Source: a virus (Duplodnaviria; Caudoviricetes). From it: a stretch of DNA of 29,128 nt. The stretch is from IMG/VR virus record IMGVR_UViG_3300046779_000041, positions 1-29,128 of that record. The stretch is one strand, 5' to 3'. The notes under the pieces were generated by a model. The model was not told where the DNA came from, ran no database searches, and worked only from the letters and a program-made list of their open reading frames with translations. A program made the position numbers and the translations under genes. Shown piece after piece: positions 1 to 10,176 of this stretch. How positions within the stretch are numbered: the first letter of the stretch is position 1; each line of letters begins with the position of its first letter.

Positions 1-123
1 TGCTAATACCAAGGCATCCTGAGCCTCTTCTAATGTCATTTGGGTAGCCTGAGATGGCATAGCAAGGAACAAGCTTCCAAATGCTAGGAAAATTGCTGTT
101 AAAAAATTTGGGGTCTTTTTAAT
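1..123 (-). CDS. Partial (5' end) secreted protein with Sec signal peptide, probable ATT start
   Basis: Minus strand reads ATT AAA AAG ACC CCA AAT... = (M)KKTPNFLTAIFLAFGSLFLAMPSQA-TQMTLEEAQDALVLA, open to the window edge. AAGGAG (132-137) lies 8 nt upstream of the ATT, and an in-frame TAA at 139-141 excludes an upstream start. Not in the ORF track. Confidence 0.65.
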   Translation of the reverse strand, partial: MKKTPNFLTAIFLAFGSLFLAMPSQATQMTLEEAQDALVLA

Positions 124-162
124 TTTGGGGTCTCCTTGTTAGACATTAAGACTAACAAGATA

Positions 163-171
163 ATTATAGCA
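163..171 (-). promoter_or_regulatory. Extended -10 promoter TGCTATAAT
   Basis: Exact TGnTATAAT just downstream of the nrdF terminator and upstream of the SD of the partial ORF; no recognisable -35. Confidence 0.7.
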
Positions 172-183
172 TTATTTTGGCAT

Positions 184-208
184 AAGAAAAGGAGGGCTTT
201 CGCCCTCC
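184..208 (-). terminator. Intrinsic terminator after nrdF
   Basis: GGAGGGC-GAAA-GCCCTCC (7-bp stem, GNRA loop) followed by TTTTCTT, about 20 nt after the nrdF stop. Confidence 0.85.
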
Positions 209-226
209 CTTCCCTTTTGTGGTCTG

Positions 227-3262
<3,036 letters not shown>

Positions 3263-3285
<23 letters not shown>

Positions 3286-3688
3286 TTAGTTTTTCTAACC
3301 TCTCCTGTACTTTCTGTACATCTTCTGATGTACCAAATATTTCTACTCTGGCTATTATAGGGACACCAGTCTTCCCTGAGATTATTTCTGCAGCTTTACA
3401 GAAATGCTCTCCAAAATTTGTGTTGCCAAAGGCTACGATACCCTTTAGCAATTCTCTATTACTAGAGATGTTTAAAAAATGTCGAACCTGTCTGGGGATT
3501 GCAGAACTTTCACTACCCCCACCATAAGTCGGTACAAAAAGAATATACCGATTAGAGACAGTAAGAGGATCACTGCCATCCCAATTAATAGGAATGCGAA
3601 TAACATTACCAAATCCATAATCAATCTTTTCTACAAATCGTTTAGTGTTTCCAGAGTAATTCGAGAAGTATACAATATCTAGTGACAT
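3263..3688 (-). CDS. nrdI: NrdI flavodoxin-like activator of class Ib RNR
   Basis: [23 protein letters not shown] and [12 protein letters not shown] motifs; AAGGAG SD; directly upstream of nrdE. Confidence 0.95.
3670..3685 (-). promoter_or_regulatory. NrdR-box-like palindrome overlapping nrdI codons 2-7
   Basis: TCACTAGATATTGTAT matches the consensus acaCwAtATaTwGtgt at 13/16 positions, including all strongly conserved ones. Confidence 0.45.
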
Positions 3689-3721
3689 CTATTTTAACTC
3701 CTTTTTATGATCTGGGGACAG

Positions 3722-3752
3722 AAAAGGGAGAGAGCCGAAACCCTCTCCCTTT
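3722..3752 (-). terminator. Terminator-like hairpin between the Ig-like gene and nrdI
   Basis: AAAGGGAGAGGG-T-TTCG-G-CTCTCTCCC-TTTT: 9-bp stem with one G-U pair, a further U-G pair closing a UUCG loop, then U4. Confidence 0.8.
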
Positions 3753-3755
3753 ACT

Positions 3756-3784
3756 ATTTTACCACACTTACTTAAGCAGGGCAA
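3756..3784 (-). promoter_or_regulatory. Putative promoter for nrdIEF: TTGCCC-N17-TAAAAT with TG extension
   Basis: -35 TTGCCC (3779-3784) lies in the last codons of the Ig-like gene; TGTGG-TAAAAT has its -10 at 3756-3761. Confidence 0.55.
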
Positions 3785-4718
3785 CCTTGTTCTTAGGGAA
3801 CTTGGCATTCCAACGCTTTGCAAGCTTGTTGTAGCGGTCCTTGTCCTTCTTAGCCTTTGCTTCTGCAAGCGCAAGCTTAGCGTTTAGGGTAGCTACCTGT
3901 GCCTCTAGTGCAGTGACCTTGCCATTAGCAATAGCAAGCTCTGCATCCTTCTGCGATACCAGGGCAGCAAGGTCTACAACCTTCAAGTTGCCACGGACAA
4001 AGCCAGTAGGAGCAGTAAGACCAGTAACAGCATTTGCTACAGTAGCAGTTGCGATAAGGTCATACGATCCAACAGCAAGACCAGTCAGGTCACGAACAGC
4101 CGTACCATCGGCAGTTGTGGTGATTGAGTAGGTGTTGGTAGCAGTTGTAGATACAACCTGAAGTGCTACTGCAGAGCCAGAAACTGCGTTACCGAATACG
4201 TCAGTACCAGTAACGGTTACCTTTGCAGTAGTGCCAAGAGCAGCAGTTGGTGCATCTAGCTTAATAGTGTTAAGAGCACCAGCAGTACCCTTGACAAAGT
4301 AAGTAGTAGTTACACCATCAGCAGTAACGGCAACAGTTCCAGTCTTAGTAGTCTTAGTGAATACAAAGATGTCTGCAGTGGTACCAGTACCAGTTGCAAT
4401 GGTTACAGATGCCGAACCAGAAGCAGCGGTTGCTCCAGTTAGGCTGGTAAGCAATAGTGCGTCAGTAGCGGTTGCTACAACGTTGCTTCCAGTTGCAACG
4501 CTAGTAAGAGCAATCTTAAGAGCGTCAGCTGCATCTACAGAGTTGTCTGCAGGTACAGGAAGTGCTACTGCGTTAGCAGCAGTGGTTGGTGCAGTTGAAA
4601 CGGCAGTGCCGTTTACGGTTAGAGCTGCTGTAGCAGCACTAGCTGGTGCTACAAAAGTAGTAGCAGCAAGAGCCAATGCAGCAGCAACGGCAATAAAAGG
4701 CTTCTTAATAGAAGTCAT
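3768..4718 (-). CDS. Secreted Ala/Thr-rich surface protein with Ig-like (Big_1-like) domain, coiled coil and basic C-terminal tail
   Basis: Signal peptide MTSIKKPFIAVAAALALAATTFVAPASA; beta-rich body with VTVTGTDVFGNAVSG..V.L and TTTADGTA; heptad region LVSQKDAELAIANGKVTALEAQVATLNAKLALAEAK; tail YNKLAKRWNAKFPKNKVALLK; AAGGAG SD. Confidence 0.75.
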   Translation of the reverse strand: MTSIKKPFIAVAAALALAATTFVAPASAATAALTVNGTAVSTAPTTAANAVALPVPADNSVDAADALKIALTSVATGSNVVATATDALLLTSLTGATAASGSASVTIATGTGTTADIFVFTKTTKTGTVAVTADGVTTTYFVKGTAGALNTIKLDAPTAALGTTAKVTVTGTDVFGNAVSGSAVALQVVSTTATNTYSITTTADGTAVRDLTGLAVGSYDLIATATVANAVTGLTAPTGFVRGNLKVVDLAALVSQKDAELAIANGKVTALEAQVATLNAKLALAEAKAKKDKDRYNKLAKRWNAKFPKNKVALLK

Positions 4719-4741
4719 ATTTGTTTCTCCTTATATATTAG

Positions 4742-6523
4742 TTAGATTAGATCAAACCTAGCCAAGTAATCTTGAACGTCTTTTGGCATAGGCTTATATT
4801 GTATCACGTTAGAGTCATTCCTGTCAACTACCTGGTCAACTTTTGGTCTATCTCTAAATGTGTGAATTTCCACTTCAAGGTTTTGGTCCCTTGGTGTGTG
4901 AGAAATTGCGCCAAAGACTGCTCCGCAGACAGCGTCTGCCAAGTCCTTCGACGACTTTCTTGGGTGATCGACACGATTACCCTTCATGATCTTTAGCTCT
5001 GAGAGCTCCTCAAAGAGTAGATCAATCATTGGCATGGCTAGTCTTTCTTCATAAACTAGCATTGCCATGTCTTCATAGTGCTTCTTTGCAACAGATACTG
5101 TTTCTGTTCTCATGCCTACCGCCTTAAGCTCATTCTGAATATCGAATGACTGCCAACGGTCAAATGAAACCATTCCAATATCGAATCCCTGCCTACGTAG
5201 GCTTTGAATCCACTGCTTAACCTCAGATAGGTTTACAGGTCCTTCTATCCTTGGCTCCCACCAAGCTACAGCATCTACAACCACTACTGGTGCTACTTGC
5301 TGGTAGTCTTTCAGTACCTGGATATTTACCCATTTTTCTACGTGAGCAATAGCAACAGCACACTTGTCATGCTTCTGTGCAAGGTCAGCGTGTACAAAAT
5401 ATTTTTTATTTGGGTCTGGTACAAACGTAGCATCAAATCTTCTGTGCGAATCAAGTGGGTTCCTAAGCGTCATTGTTGCTCTTAGCTTTTCTGTTTGCTT
5501 AAAGAATCTGTCAGAAGAGAATGTTGGAACACAAGCAAAACGTTGCATAGCGTCACCCATATCAGTAAAGAACGCAAGCTTGAAGTCATCGATCTTACGA
5601 GTAGGGTTTACAACCCATGTAGGACGCTTAAGAGCAAACATACCTGGATACTTGTATGACACAACAGTATCTTCATCCCACTCAATGTCTAGATAGTTTC
5701 CGTCTTGGTCTTCTGGCAATTCAGGATTCATAATAAACCTGTGATGCTTTGTTACTACTTCCTTTTCAGCAATAACAGCCTCATACCTGGTTGAGATAAA
5801 GTCTCCTGGAAAACGTGGGAAGGATAGCAGGGCTACCTTGCCTAAGTCTGGGAAACGAGAGTCTACGGAAGCACGGAAGGCTTTGTAGATGTTATCTGCT
5901 GTTTTACCCTGATCATTTCCTGTTCCAATCTCTGTAGCAAAACCAGAGATCTCGTCAAGTACTGCAAGGATAAGGTTAAGCCCCTCGTGAGACTCTCGCT
6001 CCGAGTGACCTGAGTATACTGTGATAGACTTATCAAACTCAATTGATTCTGCTTTTGCATAGAACTTTCCAGCAAACCAAGGCGATTTCTCAATCTTAGT
6101 CTTAAAGCCTTTAAAGAATACGTTCTTCGCCTGTTGTGCGTTAATTGCAACGTTAATGATATCAATGGCATCGCCACTAGGCTTACCAAAATACCGTGCA
6201 GGATCCTTAAGACAAAGTAGCTTATAAACGATATAGGCACATGCCACAGTAGATGTAAAGTCTTTTCCAGAACCCTTTCCGAGCTGGAGGATAACTTCGT
6301 TTTTGGTGTACTTGTTGTAATACTGTCTACCAAGAGTATCTCCCATCAATTCAATGACATCCTCTAGCTTGTAGATTTGACTCATTGCTTCGACAATGTC
6401 ATACTGTACCTGCGACAGCGGTGGCTGTGCCAGGTAATCCTCACCCTCAACAAATGTCTTAGCGTCTACTGGTCTTTCAGCAAATACATCTGACTTGAGG
6501 GCATCGAGAAAATCATCAAACAT
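4742..6523 (-). CDS. terL: Terminase large subunit
   Basis: Walker A LGKGSGKD, Walker B LILAVLDE, RNase H-fold nuclease motifs HADLA, SFDRWQS and KDLAD; 593 aa. Confidence 0.9.
   Translation of the reverse strand: MFDDFLDALKSDVFAERPVDAKTFVEGEDYLAQPPLSQVQYDIVEAMSQIYKLEDVIELMGDTLGRQYYNKYTKNEVILQLGKGSGKDFTSTVACAYIVYKLLCLKDPARYFGKPSGDAIDIINVAINAQQAKNVFFKGFKTKIEKSPWFAGKFYAKAESIEFDKSITVYSGHSERESHEGLNLILAVLDEISGFATEIGTGNDQGKTADNIYKAFRASVDSRFPDLGKVALLSFPRFPGDFISTRYEAVIAEKEVVTKHHRFIMNPELPEDQDGNYLDIEWDEDTVVSYKYPGMFALKRPTWVVNPTRKIDDFKLAFFTDMGDAMQRFACVPTFSSDRFFKQTEKLRATMTLRNPLDSHRRFDATFVPDPNKKYFVHADLAQKHDKCAVAIAHVEKWVNIQVLKDYQQVAPVVVVDAVAWWEPRIEGPVNLSEVKQWIQSLRRQGFDIGMVSFDRWQSFDIQNELKAVGMRTETVSVAKKHYEDMAMLVYEERLAMPMIDLLFEELSELKIMKGNRVDHPRKSSKDLADAVCGAVFGAISHTPRDQNLEVEIHTFRDRPKVDQVVDRNDSNVIQYKPMPKDVQDYLARFDLI
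4798..4827 (-). promoter_or_regulatory. Promoter inside terL 3' end: TTGACA-N18-TACAAT with TG extension
   Basis: TTGACA ggaatgactctaacgTGa TACAAT; -10 is about 80 nt upstream of the Ig-like gene start. Confidence 0.7.
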
Positions 6524-7055
6524 CGTTGCTGACCACCACGGTAATTACTTCTTTTTCCTTGGAGACAGCAGATAGTCTACGCATAATCTCGTCACGAATT
6601 TGTGGATACTCTGAGGCAATATCTTTCAAGATACCAACTAGGATATCCTGCTTACGCTCAATCTCAACCATCTCTTCTGCAAGCTCTTTGTTTTCTAACA
6701 GACCAGCTTTCTGTAGCATATCAATACGCTTAGACTCAAGATCCATTACTAGCTTAATACCTGCAGTTTTTGCAGTTAGGTTTGCAGTGGTAGTTGCATC
6801 ATCAATAACTTCGTACGCCTTGCTAATTAGCTTTGTGTAGTGTGTGTCTGCTCCTACCAGGGCTTCCTTGGCACGAGCACGGATAGCAGCATTGTCTGCT
6901 GCCATAGACCGCCACTCATTAATATATGCAACAACTTTTTGTCGTGGCATAGATAGCTCTTTAGAAATTTGTGTAGGCTCACTACCTGCCAAATACTTTT
7001 CTACAACCTTGTTTACTTCATCAAGGTGCTCAACTGTTAGTTCTTCAAACGACAC
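6516..7055 (-). CDS. HTH-containing protein, probable terminase small subunit
   Basis: N-terminal HTH-like segment (YLAGSEPTQISKELSMPRQKVVAYI), helical/coiled-coil remainder; overlaps the terL start. Confidence 0.6.
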   Translation of the reverse strand: MSFEELTVEHLDEVNKVVEKYLAGSEPTQISKELSMPRQKVVAYINEWRSMAADNAAIRARAKEALVGADTHYTKLISKAYEVIDDATTTANLTAKTAGIKLVMDLESKRIDMLQKAGLLENKELAEEMVEIERKQDILVGILKDIASEYPQIRDEIMRRLSAVSKEKEVITVVVSNDV

Positions 7056-7335
7056 GCTTAGCTCTCTTTCCTCGCTTTGGCACTCGCTTAATGCGATCTA
7101 GCTTGAATGATCGGAAGACAGATGGTACGCCACCAATAATCTCAAAGCAGTCAATCCACTGTGCACCAGTCTCAATATTAGTAACTAGATATTGAAACTT
7201 AAACTTAGAGCCAAACTCACCACGAATCTTAATGGTCTCTCCATGGTTAATCTCAAAACCATCTAGGACAAAGCTAGGCTCACGAACAAACTTCTTCGCA
7301 ATTTCTGGTTTCTCGTACTTTGGCTTACGTGCCAT
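7045..7335 (-). CDS. Hypothetical small basic protein (96 aa, beta-rich core)
   Basis: Likely start MARKPKYE at 7335, just after the guaB-like stop and preceded by GAAAGG. The longer ORF-track version (to 7473) overlaps the guaB-like gene. Confidence 0.75.
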   Translation of the reverse strand: MARKPKYEKPEIAKKFVREPSFVLDGFEINHGETIKIRGEFGSKFKFQYLVTNIETGAQWIDCFEIIGGVPSVFRSFKLDRIKRVPKRGKRAKRVV

Positions 7336-7336
7336 T

Positions 7337-8356
7337 CTATGCCTTTCCGTGTGGCTTGCTCTCAGCAAGTCCAGAGTTTGTAATTTTGATGTACATACTA
7401 TTATACGCAAAGTCTCGTAGGTTGTCAACTCCAGTGTATGACATAGCACTTGCAATGCCAGACTTAAAGTCATTGATAACGTGCTCTACTGGACCCTTGC
7501 ATGGAACTGTGGTAGAGATTCCCTCTACACCTGAAACAGATCCTCGTCCATCTTTCTGTGCCTCATATGATGCCATACCACGGAACAGCTTACGATTGCC
7601 CTCAATGATTTCTCCAGGAGATTCATCAGTACCAGCCAAAGCACCACCTAGCATAACAGCATTTGCTCCTGCAGCCAAAGCCTTAGCAGCGTCTCCAGAG
7701 TTTCTAATTCCACCATCAGCAATAATAGCTGGACCCTCACCGTATGGGAATACAGATCTAATATCAAGAATAGACGATAGGGTTGGTACACCGTGTCCAC
7801 TTACAACTCGTGTTGTACATACAGACCCACCACCGATACCAACACGAACAGAGTCAGTGCCAGCTTCTGCAAGTCTAGCATAGCCATCTGCAGTTGCAAT
7901 GTTTCCAGACATGATATGAATATCATTGCCAAACTCTGCCCTCAAAGCTTTTACTGCGTTGATAGCATAGTCGCTGTGTCCATTGGCAGTATCTACAAGG
8001 ATTGCATTAGCACCTGCCTTAACAAGTACCCTGGCATCCTCTAGGAAGCTTCCAGTGGCTCCAATAGAAACAAATGCAGTTGAGCCAAGGGCAATAACAT
8101 CCTGAAGCATACGTGCCTGCCCCTCTACTGGCATGTACCTGTGTAGCACCCCAAGCCCACCAAGCTGTGCAATCTTGACAGCCATATTTGTTTCACAAAC
8201 AGTATCCATTGGTGCTGCAATGATCGGAGTCTCTAGAACGATATTCCCAATATCACTTCTAAGACTAACATTCTTACGGCTTACAATGCTAGAATGCTGT
8301 GGAACTAGCAGGATGTCGTCAAATGCTAGTGCTTCATTAATCATACTTTTCTTCAT
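7337..8356 (-). CDS. IMP dehydrogenase / GMP reductase family enzyme lacking the CBS (Bateman) domain
   Basis: [40 protein letters not shown], catalytic-Cys loop [43 protein letters not shown]. Confidence 0.92.
   Translation of the reverse strand: MKKSMINEALAFDDILLVPQHSSIVSRKNVSLRSDIGNIVLETPIIAAPMDTVCETNMAVKIAQLGGLGVLHRYMPVEGQARMLQDVIALGSTAFVSIGATGSFLEDARVLVKAGANAILVDTANGHSDYAINAVKALRAEFGNDIHIMSGNIATADGYARLAEAGTDSVRVGIGGGSVCTTRVVSGHGVPTLSSILDIRSVFPYGEGPAIIADGGIRNSGDAAKALAAGANAVMLGGALAGTDESPGEIIEGNRKLFRGMASYEAQKDGRGSVSGVEGISTTVPCKGPVEHVINDFKSGIASAMSYTGVDNLRDFAYNSMYIKITNSGLAESKPHGKA
7400..7428 (-). promoter_or_regulatory. Perfect consensus sigma70 promoter TTGACA-N17-TATAAT within the guaB-like 3' end
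   Basis: TTGACA acctacgagactttgcg TATAAT; -10 is 65 nt upstream of the next start (7335). Confidence 0.8.
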
Positions 8357-8357
8357 A

Positions 8358-8513
8358 TTATCTCTTAGATTTCCTTAATCCAAATTTTGCCAAATATACG
8401 TAAATGGTCTCTACGCTTGCTCCGCACTCTTGTGCAATCTGCTCTGGTGTTTTCTTGTCAACGTGATAACGCTTCTTTAGCCAAGCTTCTGAGGTATACA
8501 GTTTAGCAGCCAT
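8358..8513 (-). CDS. Small HTH DNA-binding protein (51 aa)
   Basis: MAAKLYTSEAWLKKRYHVDKKTPEQIAQECGASVETIYVYLAKFGLRKSKR; fills the gap between the ruvC-like and guaB-like genes; HTH pattern TPEQIAQECGASVETIYVYL. Below the ORF-track size cutoff. Confidence 0.85.
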   Translation of the reverse strand: MAAKLYTSEAWLKKRYHVDKKTPEQIAQECGASVETIYVYLAKFGLRKSKR

Positions 8514-8528
8514 GATCTACTTTGTCAA
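8500..8528 (-). promoter_or_regulatory. Promoter TTGACA-N17-TAAACT with TG extension straddling the ruvC-like stop and HTH start
   Basis: TTGACA aagtagatcatggcTGc TAAACT. Confidence 0.6.
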
Positions 8529-9101
8529 CCTTTCCCAGTTCTTTACAGCATAATGTCCAATAGCAATAGCGTCAGACACATCGTTGTCTGATACCTGGAC
8601 ACCATACTGAACATCAATAAAATGAATTGTCTTTTCTTTTCTTAGCTGTCGCTCATATGACTTGTACCACGAATCTGATTTTCCAGGCACTTGCTTTCTT
8701 ATGGCTAGCTGTTCTTCTTTAGTTAGTTTTTTATTACCGATAAAGTTTTGCCATGTGATTGGTGCTACAGATCTAATCTGCTTTACACCAGAAACTCCAG
8801 CTGCCCCAAGCAAGCCGCCCTGCACCAAGGCTAGGTCTGCAGCCGTCTTTGGGCTATTAATAAACACTGTATGCTCAATAACAATAGCATCTACCTGAGT
8901 GTTGCCATATGCCTTAAATAGTCCTAGGACCTTTCTACAGGCATCAATAACCTTTTCATAGGCAGTAAGACCAACAAAGTTTACTTTTCCATACGAAGTA
9001 AGCTCTCCATCAACAAAGATTGAAAACGCTAGGCTATTTGTACTGGCATCAATTGCCATAATGGTCTTGGGTTGATTTGTAAATTTACTCAGATTTACCA
9101 T
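8517..9101 (-). CDS. RuvC-like Holliday junction resolvase
   Basis: IMAIDAS (Asp), IVIEH (Glu) and NDVSDAIAIG (DxxD) motifs with RuvC-like spacing. Confidence 0.85.
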   Translation of the reverse strand: MVNLSKFTNQPKTIMAIDASTNSLAFSIFVDGELTSYGKVNFVGLTAYEKVIDACRKVLGLFKAYGNTQVDAIVIEHTVFINSPKTAADLALVQGGLLGAAGVSGVKQIRSVAPITWQNFIGNKKLTKEEQLAIRKQVPGKSDSWYKSYERQLRKEKTIHFIDVQYGVQVSDNDVSDAIAIGHYAVKNWERLTK

Positions 9102-9378
9102 TGGCTATTCCCTTGATATCCCTGAGTGCTTTACTTACGTCTGCTGGGTTGATTGAGCAAGAGTTACAAATCTGTTCATCGTTATAGACAGAAAGATTGG
9201 CACCACAGCTTTTACACTGCCTAACTTTGCCAACCCTCCTGCTACGACGAATCTGGTTGTACTTCTCTGCAATCTTTTCTCTAGTTGCTAGCTGTCTGCA
9301 CTCTGCAGAGCAGTAGATTTGATAAGAGACTGCTGGCTTGAACTGGTTGTCACACCATTCACAATGCTTGTTTTTCAT
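9085..9378 (-). CDS. Zinc-binding protein with four Cys pairs
   Basis: CEWC...YCSAEC and CKSC...CNSC, joined by a basic helix. Confidence 0.75.
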   Translation of the reverse strand: MKNKHCEWCDNQFKPAVSYQIYCSAECRQLATREKIAEKYNQIRRSRRVGKVRQCKSCGANLSVYNDEQICNSCSINPADVSKALRDIKGIANGKSE

Positions 9379-10171
9379 CTAGTGGCTCCAAAGATTTAAT
9401 TTTGATCTCTCCAGAACCAGCATTGTTACAAGCTTCCCTAATAGGACAAGTCTTGCAAATCTTTGAATTAGAGCGATAGTTCTTAGTAGGAAGAGTCTTG
9501 TCTTCCCATGCCTTTCGAACCTCTCGCATCCAATCAAATGTGTTCTCTACCCACTCATACATGTATTGATTTAACTCAATAGGGAAGATAAGCAAATCAT
9601 GATTGTTCTTATTCTCATAGATAAGAACAGCCCTGTTTGTATTGCGAATCTTCATGTAGATAAGCAACTGAACTAAGTGTCCTAGTTTAGGCTTACCTGC
9701 AATTTTTCTATACTCAAATGCGTCATTCGGCATTGTCTTGATTTCACCAAGCAATGGCGAGTCTTCCCAGTTGAGTAGAACGTCGCCGTAACCAAAGATC
9801 GGTGGATCGTTGTAGGTTACTTTGAACTCTGAATCGAGCAAGAAGCCAGGGACATTTCCCATTGCCTCCTGAATACGATCATGAGACTTTGTACCAGCAG
9901 TCATGTTAGCAGCACCGTAGGCATCTGCATTATCCTCAAATACTGCACCTTCAAATGCTAGGTACCAGTAGCGAGGACACTCACCATGTGAGTATGCGAT
10001 TGTGCTAGGTGCAAACGTTTTCTTTTGCTGGAACTTGGCTACACGGTTTACAGTATAGCCAGAGTTAATCTTTGCAATCAAAGCCTCTTTGTCGATAAAA
10101 GATGGCTTAGATGCAATTGCCTTTTCTTCAGATGCCTTGAGCATCACCTGTTGTAGTAGATTTTTCGCCAT
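9359..10171 (-). CDS. Cas4-like PD-(D/E)xK exonuclease
   Basis: APS...CPRYWY, GTKSH, GYGD, GEIKT, QLLIYM and C-terminal CKTCPIREAC (four Cys, probable Fe-S staple). Confidence 0.85.
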   Translation of the reverse strand: MAKNLLQQVMLKASEEKAIASKPSFIDKEALIAKINSGYTVNRVAKFQQKKTFAPSTIAYSHGECPRYWYLAFEGAVFEDNADAYGAANMTAGTKSHDRIQEAMGNVPGFLLDSEFKVTYNDPPIFGYGDVLLNWEDSPLLGEIKTMPNDAFEYRKIAGKPKLGHLVQLLIYMKIRNTNRAVLIYENKNNHDLLIFPIELNQYMYEWVENTFDWMREVRKAWEDKTLPTKNYRSNSKICKTCPIREACNNAGSGEIKIKSLEPLDEKQAL

Positions 10172-10176
10172 GATGA

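Noticed and set aside
3689-3874. 61-aa minus-strand ORF crossing the hairpin and stopping right before the nrdI ATG (possible nrdH or leader peptide)
   Set aside because: No CxxC thioredoxin motif, out of frame within the Ig-like gene, no SD; most likely a chance frame.
3841-4761. Plus-strand ORFs (96 and 134 aa) antisense to the Ig-like gene
   Set aside because: Mirror frames produced by the Ala/Thr/Val codon bias; no RBS or protein-like features.
5863-6333. 156-aa alternative-frame ORF inside terL
   Set aside because: Leu/Ser-rich off-frame translation overlapping the conserved ATPase motifs; no RBS.
7320-7883. 187-aa plus-strand ORF antisense to the guaB-like gene
   Set aside because: In-register antisense shadow of a conserved enzyme with Pro/Ser/Ala-rich composition; no evident expression signals.
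9359-10171. Cas4 as evidence of a CRISPR-Cas system
   Set aside because: No repeat-spacer array, cas1 or cas2 in the window; solo Cas4-like nucleases are common in phage recombination modules.
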